A DNA stretch of 64,000 nt from contig OZ244152.1 of NCBI GenBank assembly GCA_965216125.1, positions 2,755,035-2,819,034 on the forward strand. Direction: 5' to 3'. Positions 9,006-17,892 of the stretch are shown one piece after another. Made by a program: the position numbers and the translations under genes. The stretch is from Candidatus Multivorans sp. (GTDB lineage Bacteria; Acidobacteriota; Thermoanaerobaculia; Multivoradales; Multivoraceae). The notes beneath the pieces are model-generated. The model was given only the letters and a program-made list of their open reading frames with translations. It was not told where the DNA came from and searched no databases. Position 1 is the stretch's first letter, and every line of letters starts with the position of its first letter.

Positions 9006-11531
9006 TTGGCTGGCGTCGCCCAAGGCGACCTGGACGAACGCGACGGTCGGTTTTGGCTTCGCCGGCTCGGTTCTTTCGGCGTGCCTGTTCTCGTCCGGGC
9101 CACTGCCTCTCTTGCGGTCGCAGCGCTGCTGTTCATCGCGTCTGCTGCCGGAGCTGGTTCACGGCCTCAAGAACCGGCTGAGGGGATCTGTGACCGCAGC
9201 GAACCAGTGCGCGACGCGATTCTCGCGCTGATCGCGGGCATCGACACCTGCGACGCCGTTTCCAACGCGGACCTTGCCGCTGTGTCCGGCACTCTGTATC
9301 TGAAGGAGGCTGGGCTTTCGACTCTCCGTTCGGGTGACTTCTCCGGTCTCAGCGGCCTGTGGAGCCTGAATCTGGGGGAGAATTCGCTAGCCGAGCTTCC
9401 GGGCGGGATCTTCTCGGATCTGGTCAACCTGAAGATCCTGAGGTTGAGCGACAACGACCTGGAAACGCTTCCGGACGGTGTGTTTGCCAATCTCATCAAC
9501 CTTGAGACTCTGCGGCTGACCGGCAACAACTTCCAAACACTGCCCGAAGGTGTGTTCAGTGGCCTCTTGAGACTGATCAGACTGGATGTGGAGTACAACA
9601 GACTGAACGCCCTTCCTGATGGCCTGTTCGACGGCCTCAATCTCGTGTTTCTCGGCCTGGAAGGAAACGAGTTTAGAGTCTTGCGGGCCGGTTTGTTCCA
9701 GGGCCTCGAGGGGTCCTTGATGCTGGACTTGTCACACAACTTGATCGAGACAGTGGAGGCGGGCGCCTTTTCCGATCTCGATGACATGATCTTCCTGGAC
9801 CTGGGCCAGAATCGGTTGGAAGAGTTGCCGGCAGGTCTGTTGGTCGGATTGACCGACTTGAATTCCCTCTGGGTGGACGAGAACCCGGGCGCGAACTTCA
9901 CCTTCAGGATGATTGTGGAACGGGTGCCGGGAACGAGCCGTGTGGTTGTCACCGTTCCACAGGGAGCACCTTTCCACATGACAACCACGATCAGCGTGGC
10001 AGGAGGAGCGCTGAGTCCAGGTGTGTCGTCGGTTACGGTGCCGGTTGGACAGACGAGGAGCGACGAAATCGAAGTTGTGCCCCTGGTTGGAACGACGATC
10101 ACCCTGGGGACGGCGCCGGCTGTGCCGGCAGAGTCGGCGCACCCTCTTATCTCCCTCCCGTTCGACGGTGTGTTGACCGGGGTGGCAAGCGCGATACGGT
10201 TCGAAACGTTCGGGTCGAATAGTGCGCCACTGGCGATCGCGGCGCCAGAGGCCAGGCAACTGCGGATCGAAGATGGCGAGAGCGAGACCGATGTCGCCGG
10301 TTGGTTTCGGGATCCGGACGGGGATTTACTGAGCTACGAGGCGGTATCCGGGGCGCCTTCTGTTGTCGAAGTGTCGATGTCGGGGAGGACCCTGCGTTTG
10401 AGTCCGGTGTCGGCCGGCTCGACCACAGTATCGGTGGCGGCGAGGGATGTCGCTGGCTTGAATCTGGAGGCGACACTGACGTTCGCGGTGGCGGTAGTCG
10501 GTACGGACACCGAGCCACCACCACCGCCACCACCGCCACCGCCGCCACCGCCGCCACCGCTGCCACCGCCACCGCCACCACCACCGCTGCCACCACCGCC
10601 GCCGCCGGACCCGGACACCGAGCCGCCACTGCAAGCGATCCTCGGGCTGCCGTCGTCTGCCGAGACGGGCTTGGCGGCCGTGTTCGACGGCAGCGGTTCG
10701 GTGGGTGCGGAGAGCTACAGTTGGGACTTCGGCGACGGTTCGGTGATCGAGCATCCGAGCACTGAGTCGACGCCGTCCCAGACCTACGTCGAACCGGGTT
10801 CCTACGAAGTCCGGTTGGAGGTTGCGCGCGGGGACTGCGACGGGGAGTTCTGTTCGTACGACACGGCGACGGCGTCGGTTGCAGTGGAAGCGGGCGCTCT
10901 GCCGGCGGCGCGATTCGATCTGGACGCCGAGTGCGGGGACGATCTGTGCATCGTGTGGACGGGCGTCGACGTTGTGCTGCGCGACCTCAGTAGCGGCACG
11001 GCGGCGGAGAGGAGTTGGGACTTCGGTGACGGGGGCATCTCGAACGAGCGAGCCCCGACGCACTCATGGTCGGCGCCAGGCTTCTATCGTGTGGTGCTCA
11101 GCGCTTCCGGCCTTGGAGCCACGTCAACTGCAGAGCGGGACATCCTGGTGCGGGCGAGCGACCCCGCGGGAACCTGCGAGCCGGACGAGGAGACGCTGTG
11201 CCTGCGGGCCTCCCGGTACGCGATCGGCGTGGCGTGGTGGACTGGTGACGGCAGGAGCGGTACCGGAAGCGTGATCCATGCAGGGACGAACGACTCGGGT
11301 CTGTTCTGGTTCTTCGACCGCGAGAACTGGGAGGTGCTGATCAAGGTGCTCGACGGCTGCAGGTTGAACCGGAGCGTATGGGTGTTCGGCGCCTCAACGA
11401 CCGATCTTGGGTACTCGATCGAGGTGACGGACACGGTGACCGGAGCGGTCCGGCAGTACCGGAACGAGCCGGGCCGGGCGGCGGCAGCGATCACGGATTT
11501 GGGTGCGTTCCCCGAGGCGTGTCTGCCGTAG
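9006..11531 (+). CDS. Secreted leucine-rich-repeat protein with poly-Pro linker, two PKD-like domains and the shared C-terminal four-Cys domain
   Basis: About twelve LxxLxLxxNxL repeats (LRLSDNDLETLPDGVFANL..). Proline tract. WDFGDG PKD motifs. C-terminal ASDPAGTCEPDEETLCLRASRYAIGVAWWTG..NWEVLIKVLDGC block. Confidence 0.8.
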   Translation: MAGVAQGDLDERDGRFWLRRLGSFGVPVLVRATASLAVAALLFIASAAGAGSRPQEPAEGICDRSEPVRDAILALIAGIDTCDAVSNADLAAVSGTLYLKEAGLSTLRSGDFSGLSGLWSLNLGENSLAELPGGIFSDLVNLKILRLSDNDLETLPDGVFANLINLETLRLTGNNFQTLPEGVFSGLLRLIRLDVEYNRLNALPDGLFDGLNLVFLGLEGNEFRVLRAGLFQGLEGSLMLDLSHNLIETVEAGAFSDLDDMIFLDLGQNRLEELPAGLLVGLTDLNSLWVDENPGANFTFRMIVERVPGTSRVVVTVPQGAPFHMTTTISVAGGALSPGVSSVTVPVGQTRSDEIEVVPLVGTTITLGTAPAVPAESAHPLISLPFDGVLTGVASAIRFETFGSNSAPLAIAAPEARQLRIEDGESETDVAGWFRDPDGDLLSYEAVSGAPSVVEVSMSGRTLRLSPVSAGSTTVSVAARDVAGLNLEATLTFAVAVVGTDTEPPPPPPPPPPPPPPPLPPPPPPPPLPPPPPPDPDTEPPLQAILGLPSSAETGLAAVFDGSGSVGAESYSWDFGDGSVIEHPSTESTPSQTYVEPGSYEVRLEVARGDCDGEFCSYDTATASVAVEAGALPAARFDLDAECGDDLCIVWTGVDVVLRDLSSGTAAERSWDFGDGGISNERAPTHSWSAPGFYRVVLSASGLGATSTAERDILVRASDPAGTCEPDEETLCLRASRYAIGVAWWTGDGRSGTGSVIHAGTNDSGLFWFFDRENWEVLIKVLDGCRLNRSVWVFGASTTDLGYSIEVTDTVTGAVRQYRNEPGRAAAAITDLGAFPEACLP

Positions 11532-11552
11532 CGGTGACGGGAGGCTGCCGCG

Positions 11553-12233
11553 CTAGTCCGGCGCAACCTCGAACGCCGCCAGGAACTGGTGGCCGCCCCA
11601 GGCGATGCGGAGGACTTTCTCCCCTGCCGCTTCCTTCGGAAGCGCTTTCGCGCCCGGTTCGACCTCCAGGAACTCGACCGTCAGCTTCCCGGTCGGTTCG
11701 TCGGTCCGGGAGTGCTCGAGAGGCACTTCAGCAACGTCCGCGGCCGAGTCGCGCTGGGTGCCCCAGATGTCGCCCTCGGAGTTGAAGACCAGGCTCCAGC
11801 CGTCCGCGGTGCGCTTGGGCCACAGGCTGTAGACGCCGGGGTAGTCCGGAGAGTGGTTGCCGTAGGGCACGGTGACGTCGCCGAACGAGAGCGAGACATG
11901 GGCCATGAGCTTGATCGCCTTGGCGCTCCGCCAGGCCGAAACCTCGCCGGCCTGCAGCGCCTCGAAGGCCCGGTAGTCGTCGCTGTCCGTCGCCAGGTTG
12001 GCGTACGAGACCATCACCTTCTTGCCGCTCAACTCGATCTCGGCCAGGTTGCCGTAGCGGAAGCGGCGCAGCCGGTCGGCTCGCGCGGCCCGCGTGGCCG
12101 CGGCCTGCTCGTCGGCCGTGGCAGTCGAAGCGGTTCCGGACGATGTCGCGTCCTGCTGCGACGCGGCGGGCGATACGGCCAGGAGTAGGCTGGCAAGAAC
12201 GGCCAAGGCTGAGAGGGCGTGCGTTGCGTTCAA
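11553..12233 (-). CDS. Small secreted hypothetical protein (possibly DUF2911-like)
   Basis: TTG start 6 nt after a GGAGG Shine-Dalgarno sequence, found on the reverse complement. Signal peptide LNATHALSALAVLASLLLAVSPAASQQ. A non-repetitive mature domain of about 190 aa. The upstream part of the 969-aa antisense ORF is an artefact opposite icmF. Confidence 0.55.
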   Translation of the reverse strand: MNATHALSALAVLASLLLAVSPAASQQDATSSGTASTATADEQAAATRAARADRLRRFRYGNLAEIELSGKKVMVSYANLATDSDDYRAFEALQAGEVSAWRSAKAIKLMAHVSLSFGDVTVPYGNHSPDYPGVYSLWPKRTADGWSLVFNSEGDIWGTQRDSAADVAEVPLEHSRTDEPTGKLTVEFLEVEPGAKALPKEAAGEKVLRIAWGGHQFLAAFEVAPD

Positions 12234-12296
12234 GAGTGACCTCCTTCCCGGCGGCGATAGACTTCCAACAGGCGTTTTCCGCGAGCGCACGGTAGC

Positions 12297-15200
12297 ATGA
12301 CGACACCCGAACCAAGAGGCAGTTCCAGTCCCGCCCCGGATGCGAGTCCGCTGCGTTTCGTGACCGCGGCCTCGCTGTTCGACGGTCACGACGCGGCGAT
12401 TCACATCATGCGCCGCATGATCCAGGATCGGGGGGCGGAGGTGATTCACCTCGGTCACAACCGTGGCGTCGACGAGATCGTGCGGGCAGCGGTCCAGGAG
12501 GACGCGGATGCGATCGCGATCAGCTCGTACCAGGGCGGTCACATGGAGTTCTTCCGCTACATGATCGATCGTCTGGCCGAGGAGGGCGCCGGGCACGTCC
12601 TGGTGTTCGGCGGCGGCGGCGGCACGATCACGCCCGAGGAGATCGGCGAGCTGCAGGACTACGGCATCGAACGGATCTACCACCCGGACGACGGCCTGAG
12701 GCTGGGCCTGCCGGCGATGATCGACGACGTCGTCGAGCGGGCGCACGCGAAGCGCCGGGCCGCGCCCGAGCCGCGATTCCGGGTGCGGGTGGCCTCGGAC
12801 CCCGGCGGCGACGGCGACCTGTCCCGGCTGCTGTCGGCGATCGAGCGCGGCGCGGTGGACGAAGCGGAGCTGCGCCGGCTGCGCAAGGAGTGGCAGCTCG
12901 CCGGCGCCGGGGTACCCGTGGTGGGGCTCACCGGCACTGGCGGCTCGGGCAAGAGCAGCGTCGCCGACGAGCTGCTGAACCGTTTCGTGGAGTGCATGCC
13001 CTTGGCCGGCGCCGGGATGCGGATCGCCGTCCTGGCGGTGGACCCGACGCGGCGACGCACCGGTGGCGCCCTGCTCGGCGACCGCATCCGCATGAACAGC
13101 CTGCGCAGCGACAGGGTCTTCATGCGCTCGATGGCAACGCGCCGGCAGCACCTCGCCACGAGCGAGGTGTTGGGCGACGCGATCGCGTTGCTCAAGGCGT
13201 CCGGGTTTTCCCTGGTGTTGGTCGAGACCGCGGGCATCGGTCAAAGCGACAGCGAGATCGTCGACCTGGTCGACCTCTCGGTCTACGTGATGACCTCGGA
13301 CTACGGCGCGGCAAGCCAGCTCGAGAAGATCGACATGCTCGACTTCGCCGACGTGATCGTGCTGAACAAGTTCGACCGGCGCGGAGGTCACGACGCGCTG
13401 CGCGACGTGCGCAAGCAGTGGCGCCGCAACCGCCTTGCCTTCGGTACGGCTGATGAGGACGTGCCGGTCTACCCGACGATCGCCAGCCAGTTCCAGGATC
13501 CGGGCATAGGCTGGATGTTCTGGAACGTGTGCCGGCTGCTGCGGGAACGACTCGATCTGGACGAGACCGCCTGGACCCCGCAAGTCGGCCTGGACGAGCG
13601 CGAACCGCGGGCCGCGGTCCTCATCCCGGACAACCGCAACCGGTATCTGGCCGAGATCGCCGAGGGCGGGCGCGGCGCGGAGGCCGACGTCGGGCGCCTT
13701 GCCGAGGCGGCGTCGAAGGCGCACGGTTGTTACCGGGCGCTGACCGAACTGGACGATCCGGAGCTGCCGGCGCCGCTCGCCGCGTACGCGGAGAAGGCGC
13801 TCAAGACCGCGCCCGACGAGAGCATCGGGCGGCTGCGCAAGCGGTACCAGGAGGCGCTTCTCGAAGTCGGCGCCGAAGCGGTGGGGCTCTTGAGGGACTG
13901 GCCCCAGCGCGTCGAGGCGGCGCGCTCGGACCAGTACAGCTACGCGGTTCGCGGCCGCGAGGTCACCGGCGACAACTACGTGACCACACTGAGCCACCTG
14001 CGGATGCCGAAGCTGGCGCTGCCCGAGTACTCGGACTGGGGCGATCTTCTGCGCTTCCTGATGAAGCACAACCTCCCGGGCGCCTACCCGTACACGGCCG
14101 GCGTCTACCCGTACCGGCGCCGCGGCGAAGAACCGACGCGGATGTTCGCGGGCGAGGGGATCGCCGAGCGCACCAACCGGCGCTTCCACTATGTGTCGCG
14201 CGGGCAGCCGGCGAACCGACTGTCGACCGCGTTCGACTCGGTCACGCTCTACGGATCGGACCCGGGGCTTCGGCCCGACATCTGGGGCAAGGTCGGCAAC
14301 TCGGGGGTCTCGATCGCCACCGTCGACGACATCAAGCGGCTCTACTCGGGCTTCGACCTGTGCGATCCGGCGACCTCGGTGTCGATGACGATCAACGGCC
14401 CGGCGCCGACCATCCTCGCCTTCTTCATGAACGCCGCGATCGACCAGCAGGTGGAGCGTCACCTGCGGGAGACCGTCGCGTTGGAGCGCGCTCGTGCCGA
14501 GATCGAACGGCGCTACGACGGCGACGTGCCGGTGTACCGGGGCGAACTGCCGGAAGGCAGCGACGGCCTGGGGCTCGGCCTGCTCGGCATTTCAGGCGAT
14601 CAAGTGGTCGAGCGCGAGGTTTACGAGCGGATCCGGTCGGATGCGTTGAGCCGGGTTCGGGGCACCGTCCAGGCCGACATCCTCAAGGAGGACCAGGCCC
14701 AGAACACCTGCATCTTCTCGACCGAGTTCTCGCTCCGGATGATGGGCGACGTTCAGCAGTTCTTCATCGACCACAACGTCCGCAACTACTACAGCGCCTC
14801 GGTCAGCGGGTACCACATCGCCGAAGCCGGCGCGAACCCGATCACGCAGTTGGCGTTCACGCTCGCCAACGGCTTCACGATCGTCGAGTACTACCTGGCC
14901 CGGGGCATGGAGATCGACGAGTTCGCCCCCAGCCTGTCGTTCTTCTTCTCGAACGGCATGGATCCGGAGTACGCAGTGATCGGCCGGGTCGCCCGCCGCA
15001 TCTGGGCGCGGGCGATGCGCGAGCGCTACGGCGCCTCGGCCCGCAGCCAGATGCTCAAGTACCACATCCAGACCTCGGGCCGCTCGCTGCACGCCCAGGA
15101 GATCCAGTTCAACGACATTCGCACCACCCTGCAGGCGCTCTACGGCATCCTCGACCGCTGCAACTCCCTCCACACGAACGCCTTCGACGAGGCGATCACG

Positions 15201-15761
15201 ACTCCCACCGAGCAGTCCGTGCGCCGGGCGCTGGCGATCCAGTTGATCATCAACCGGGAGTTCGGGCTCAACCGGAGCGAGAACCCCTGGCAGGGGTCTT
15301 TCGCGCTCGACCAGCTCACCGACGCGGTCGAGGAGGCGGTGTACCTCGAGTTCGACCGGCTGGCGGAACGGGGCGGCGTGCTGGCGGCGATGGACACGAT
15401 GTACCAGCGCTCCAAGATCCAGGACGAGAGCATGGAGTACGAGGCGAAGAAGCACGACGGCAGCCTGCCGGTGGTCGGCGTCAACACGTTCCTCGGCGAG
15501 GGCCAGGAGTTCGCGGAGACGGTCGAAGCGGAACTCATCCGCTCGTCCGACGAGGAGAAGCAGCAGCAGATCGACAGCCTGGCGGCATTCCACCGCCGTC
15601 ACGGCGACCGCTCGGAGGCCTGTCTCGGACGGCTACAGGAGGTCGCGCGGCGGCGCGGCAACGTGTTCGAGGAACTGATGGAGACGGTGAAGCACTGCTC
15701 GCTCGGTCAGATCTCGGACGCGCTGTATCGGGTTGGCGGCGAGTACCGGCGCAGCATGTAG
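12297..15761 (+). CDS. icmF: Fused isobutyryl-CoA mutase IcmF (B12-binding domain, MeaB-like GTPase and acyl-CoA mutase catalytic domain)
   Basis: N-terminal B12-binding LFDGHDAAIHIM..AISSYQGGH. Central P-loop GLTGTGGSGKSS with VLNKFD. C-terminal mutase domain of about 550 aa. The 1154-aa length matches fused IcmF. Confidence 0.85.
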   Translation: MTTPEPRGSSSPAPDASPLRFVTAASLFDGHDAAIHIMRRMIQDRGAEVIHLGHNRGVDEIVRAAVQEDADAIAISSYQGGHMEFFRYMIDRLAEEGAGHVLVFGGGGGTITPEEIGELQDYGIERIYHPDDGLRLGLPAMIDDVVERAHAKRRAAPEPRFRVRVASDPGGDGDLSRLLSAIERGAVDEAELRRLRKEWQLAGAGVPVVGLTGTGGSGKSSVADELLNRFVECMPLAGAGMRIAVLAVDPTRRRTGGALLGDRIRMNSLRSDRVFMRSMATRRQHLATSEVLGDAIALLKASGFSLVLVETAGIGQSDSEIVDLVDLSVYVMTSDYGAASQLEKIDMLDFADVIVLNKFDRRGGHDALRDVRKQWRRNRLAFGTADEDVPVYPTIASQFQDPGIGWMFWNVCRLLRERLDLDETAWTPQVGLDEREPRAAVLIPDNRNRYLAEIAEGGRGAEADVGRLAEAASKAHGCYRALTELDDPELPAPLAAYAEKALKTAPDESIGRLRKRYQEALLEVGAEAVGLLRDWPQRVEAARSDQYSYAVRGREVTGDNYVTTLSHLRMPKLALPEYSDWGDLLRFLMKHNLPGAYPYTAGVYPYRRRGEEPTRMFAGEGIAERTNRRFHYVSRGQPANRLSTAFDSVTLYGSDPGLRPDIWGKVGNSGVSIATVDDIKRLYSGFDLCDPATSVSMTINGPAPTILAFFMNAAIDQQVERHLRETVALERARAEIERRYDGDVPVYRGELPEGSDGLGLGLLGISGDQVVEREVYERIRSDALSRVRGTVQADILKEDQAQNTCIFSTEFSLRMMGDVQQFFIDHNVRNYYSASVSGYHIAEAGANPITQLAFTLANGFTIVEYYLARGMEIDEFAPSLSFFFSNGMDPEYAVIGRVARRIWARAMRERYGASARSQMLKYHIQTSGRSLHAQEIQFNDIRTTLQALYGILDRCNSLHTNAFDEAITTPTEQSVRRALAIQLIINREFGLNRSENPWQGSFALDQLTDAVEEAVYLEFDRLAERGGVLAAMDTMYQRSKIQDESMEYEAKKHDGSLPVVGVNTFLGEGQEFAETVEAELIRSSDEEKQQQIDSLAAFHRRHGDRSEACLGRLQEVARRRGNVFEELMETVKHCSLGQISDALYRVGGEYRRSM

Positions 15762-15767
15762 GGGCGC

Positions 15768-17696
15768 CTATCGGCACGGGAATGCCTTCAAGTCGCTCTT
15801 CGTGGCGGCGGTTGCGCCCTGCCGGTTCGTATGCGTCCAGGGCGGCCCGTCGTCGGGACCCGTCACCCAGAGGTTGAACTCCAGTGTGGTCACCGGCGCC
15901 ACGAAGATCCAGCGATGCCCGTTGTTCTTACAGCCGTCGAGTACTTTGACGAGGACCTCGGCGTTGACGCGGTCGAAGAACCACAGGATGCCGGACTGGC
16001 TGGATGCCCAGACGCCGGCCCTGGCCTGACCCTCCTCCCCGCTGGGGGTCCGATAGCACATGCTGACCTCGTAACCGCCGTCGAACTGAAGCGCCGCGGT
16101 AGTCGGCGTGCAGACTTCGGACTGAGACGGCGGATCCGGGGTCGGATCCGGATCGGGATCCGGATCCGGGTCCGGTTGAGGCGGGCGGGTACCGCCCCTC
16201 CCGGCGAAGCCGTCTCTGATCCAGTCGAACACCTTCGTGTTTGGCACGGTGCCGCGCACGTTCTCCGCCGTGCGGCCGACCGCGTAGATCATCACGTCTT
16301 CGCCGGCGTGCGTCTCTAAGAACAGCGGGACGGTTGCCTCCTGCCGGTATGCCGAGTCGCTGCTGCTCGAAGGAACGGCGCCGCCGTAGCCGGCCGTCCT
16401 GTCGCTGTTCGGATTGACGCGCGAACCGCTCCGATGTCCCGGCCCGTTGGCGTAGCCCAGGATCGTGTAGGGAATGCCCCCCGAGTCTCCGCTCTCCGAG
16501 ATCGTCCCGCCGCTGTCCATGTCGTGGACCGTCCCCAGGATGCCGTTGTGTGGCTGGTTGCGGAACGACGCGGGCACTGAGCGGGGGTTGTAGCGCAGGT
16601 CGCCGAGCGGTCGCATCGGATAGCCGGCGATCGTGAAGACGTGGCTGTGGTCGGCCGTCGCGAGGATCAGCGTGCTGTTGAGATTGACGCTACGCTGTCC
16701 GGCGTTGATCGCGCGATCGAACATCCGGGTGTCGGTGAAGGCGCGAAAGGCATTCCCTTCGTGGTGCGCGTGGTCGATTCGGCCCGCCTCGACCATCAGG
16801 AAGTACGGCTTTCCCGTTGCGTTGAGAATTTGGATCGCCTTCCTCGTCATCTCCTCCAGGCTCGGCTGGTCGCTGTTCCGGTTCGCTTCGTACGCCAGAT
16901 GACTCGAAGCGAACAGACCGACCGCGCGTCCGGAACCGCCCAGCGCGTTGAGCCCCTGACGGTTCCAGGCGTAGGTGTAACCCCGTTGCTGCAGCTCGTT
17001 TCGCAGGTCGCGGCCGTCCGCTCGACTTCCCGGGCTCCCCTCCTCGTCGGTCGCCGAGGTGGGGAGGAAGTGCCGCCTGCCGCCTCCGAAGATGACGTGG
17101 AGCCCCTGGCCGAGTCTGTCGTTGTAGCCCCCTCCGCCCGGCACCATCTGCGCGGCGATCTCGTTTTCCTGGTTGCGGTTGTTGACATGCGCGAAGACGG
17201 CCGCCGGCGTCGCGTGAGTGACGCGCGTAGTTGTCACGATTCCGACCGCGTAGCCCATTGAACTCGCCAACTCGGCGACGTTGGTCAATCGCGGGCCGTT
17301 GCCATTGCCGTTGAAGTCTCCGTACTCGGTGGTTGCGCCGTAGCCGATCACGCCGGAGTTCGTCTGGACGCCGGTCATCATCGCCGACATCGTGGCCGCG
17401 CTGTCAGGGGTGATGTAGTCGGCCGACGCAGTCCGCGAGATGGCGGTATGGGGCATGCGGTCAAGAGCCAGCTCCCCGTCCACCCCCACCGTCGCAATGC
17501 GAGTGGAGGTGACAGTCGACACCCCCATGCCGTCGCCAACGAACAGGATGACGTTGTTCTTCTGCGCCGAGGCAGGCAGCGCCGCCACCAACAGGAATAC
17601 AACCGTCGACAGAGTGCACGTCAACGCCGCGAGACTCCTGCGCGCGCCGTGGGTCGATACGAAGGTACTTTCCATGGCCAGAACCTCCTTCTTCAT
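15768..17696 (-). CDS. Secreted alkaline phosphatase (PhoA family) fused via a (PD)n linker to the shared four-Cys domain
   Basis: Signal peptide. VGDGMGVST active-site region and ATADHSHVF metal-ligand motif of PhoA. Linker PDPDPDPDPDPTPDPP. C-terminal CTPTTAALQFDGGYEVSMCY..AEVLVKVLDGCKNNGHRWIFVAPVT..AFPC. Confidence 0.8.
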   Translation of the reverse strand: MKKEVLAMESTFVSTHGARRSLAALTCTLSTVVFLLVAALPASAQKNNVILFVGDGMGVSTVTSTRIATVGVDGELALDRMPHTAISRTASADYITPDSAATMSAMMTGVQTNSGVIGYGATTEYGDFNGNGNGPRLTNVAELASSMGYAVGIVTTTRVTHATPAAVFAHVNNRNQENEIAAQMVPGGGGYNDRLGQGLHVIFGGGRRHFLPTSATDEEGSPGSRADGRDLRNELQQRGYTYAWNRQGLNALGGSGRAVGLFASSHLAYEANRNSDQPSLEEMTRKAIQILNATGKPYFLMVEAGRIDHAHHEGNAFRAFTDTRMFDRAINAGQRSVNLNSTLILATADHSHVFTIAGYPMRPLGDLRYNPRSVPASFRNQPHNGILGTVHDMDSGGTISESGDSGGIPYTILGYANGPGHRSGSRVNPNSDRTAGYGGAVPSSSSDSAYRQEATVPLFLETHAGEDVMIYAVGRTAENVRGTVPNTKVFDWIRDGFAGRGGTRPPQPDPDPDPDPDPTPDPPSQSEVCTPTTAALQFDGGYEVSMCYRTPSGEEGQARAGVWASSQSGILWFFDRVNAEVLVKVLDGCKNNGHRWIFVAPVTTLEFNLWVTGPDDGPPWTHTNRQGATAATKSDLKAFPCR

Positions 17697-17892
17697 GATT
17701 GGCTTCCAGTAGGGGGCCTCATGGTCGGGACCGGGCCGCTCTTCTGAAGACCTGATTGTTGATCCCTACGATAGTAGGCGATCTCGGCGGCGCTGTCTGG
17801 CACGGCGGCGCGACAGTTCGAACTGCGAAGCTCCGCTTGCCGACCAGTCGAGCGTCAGCGAACCCCCCGCCGGGGGCGATCAGATGGAAGGT

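Noticed and set aside
10334-10618. Poly-Gly ORF (GGGGGGSGGGG...) and W/R-rich ORF 10326..11063
   Set aside because: Reverse-complement reading of the (CCN)n poly-Pro tract of the LRR gene. Not a gene.
15755-15775. Possible palindrome or terminator between the convergent icmF and PhoA-like stops (TAGGGGCGCCTATC)
   Set aside because: Only the GGCGCC core is palindromic. The flanks do not pair, and the gap is only 6 nt.
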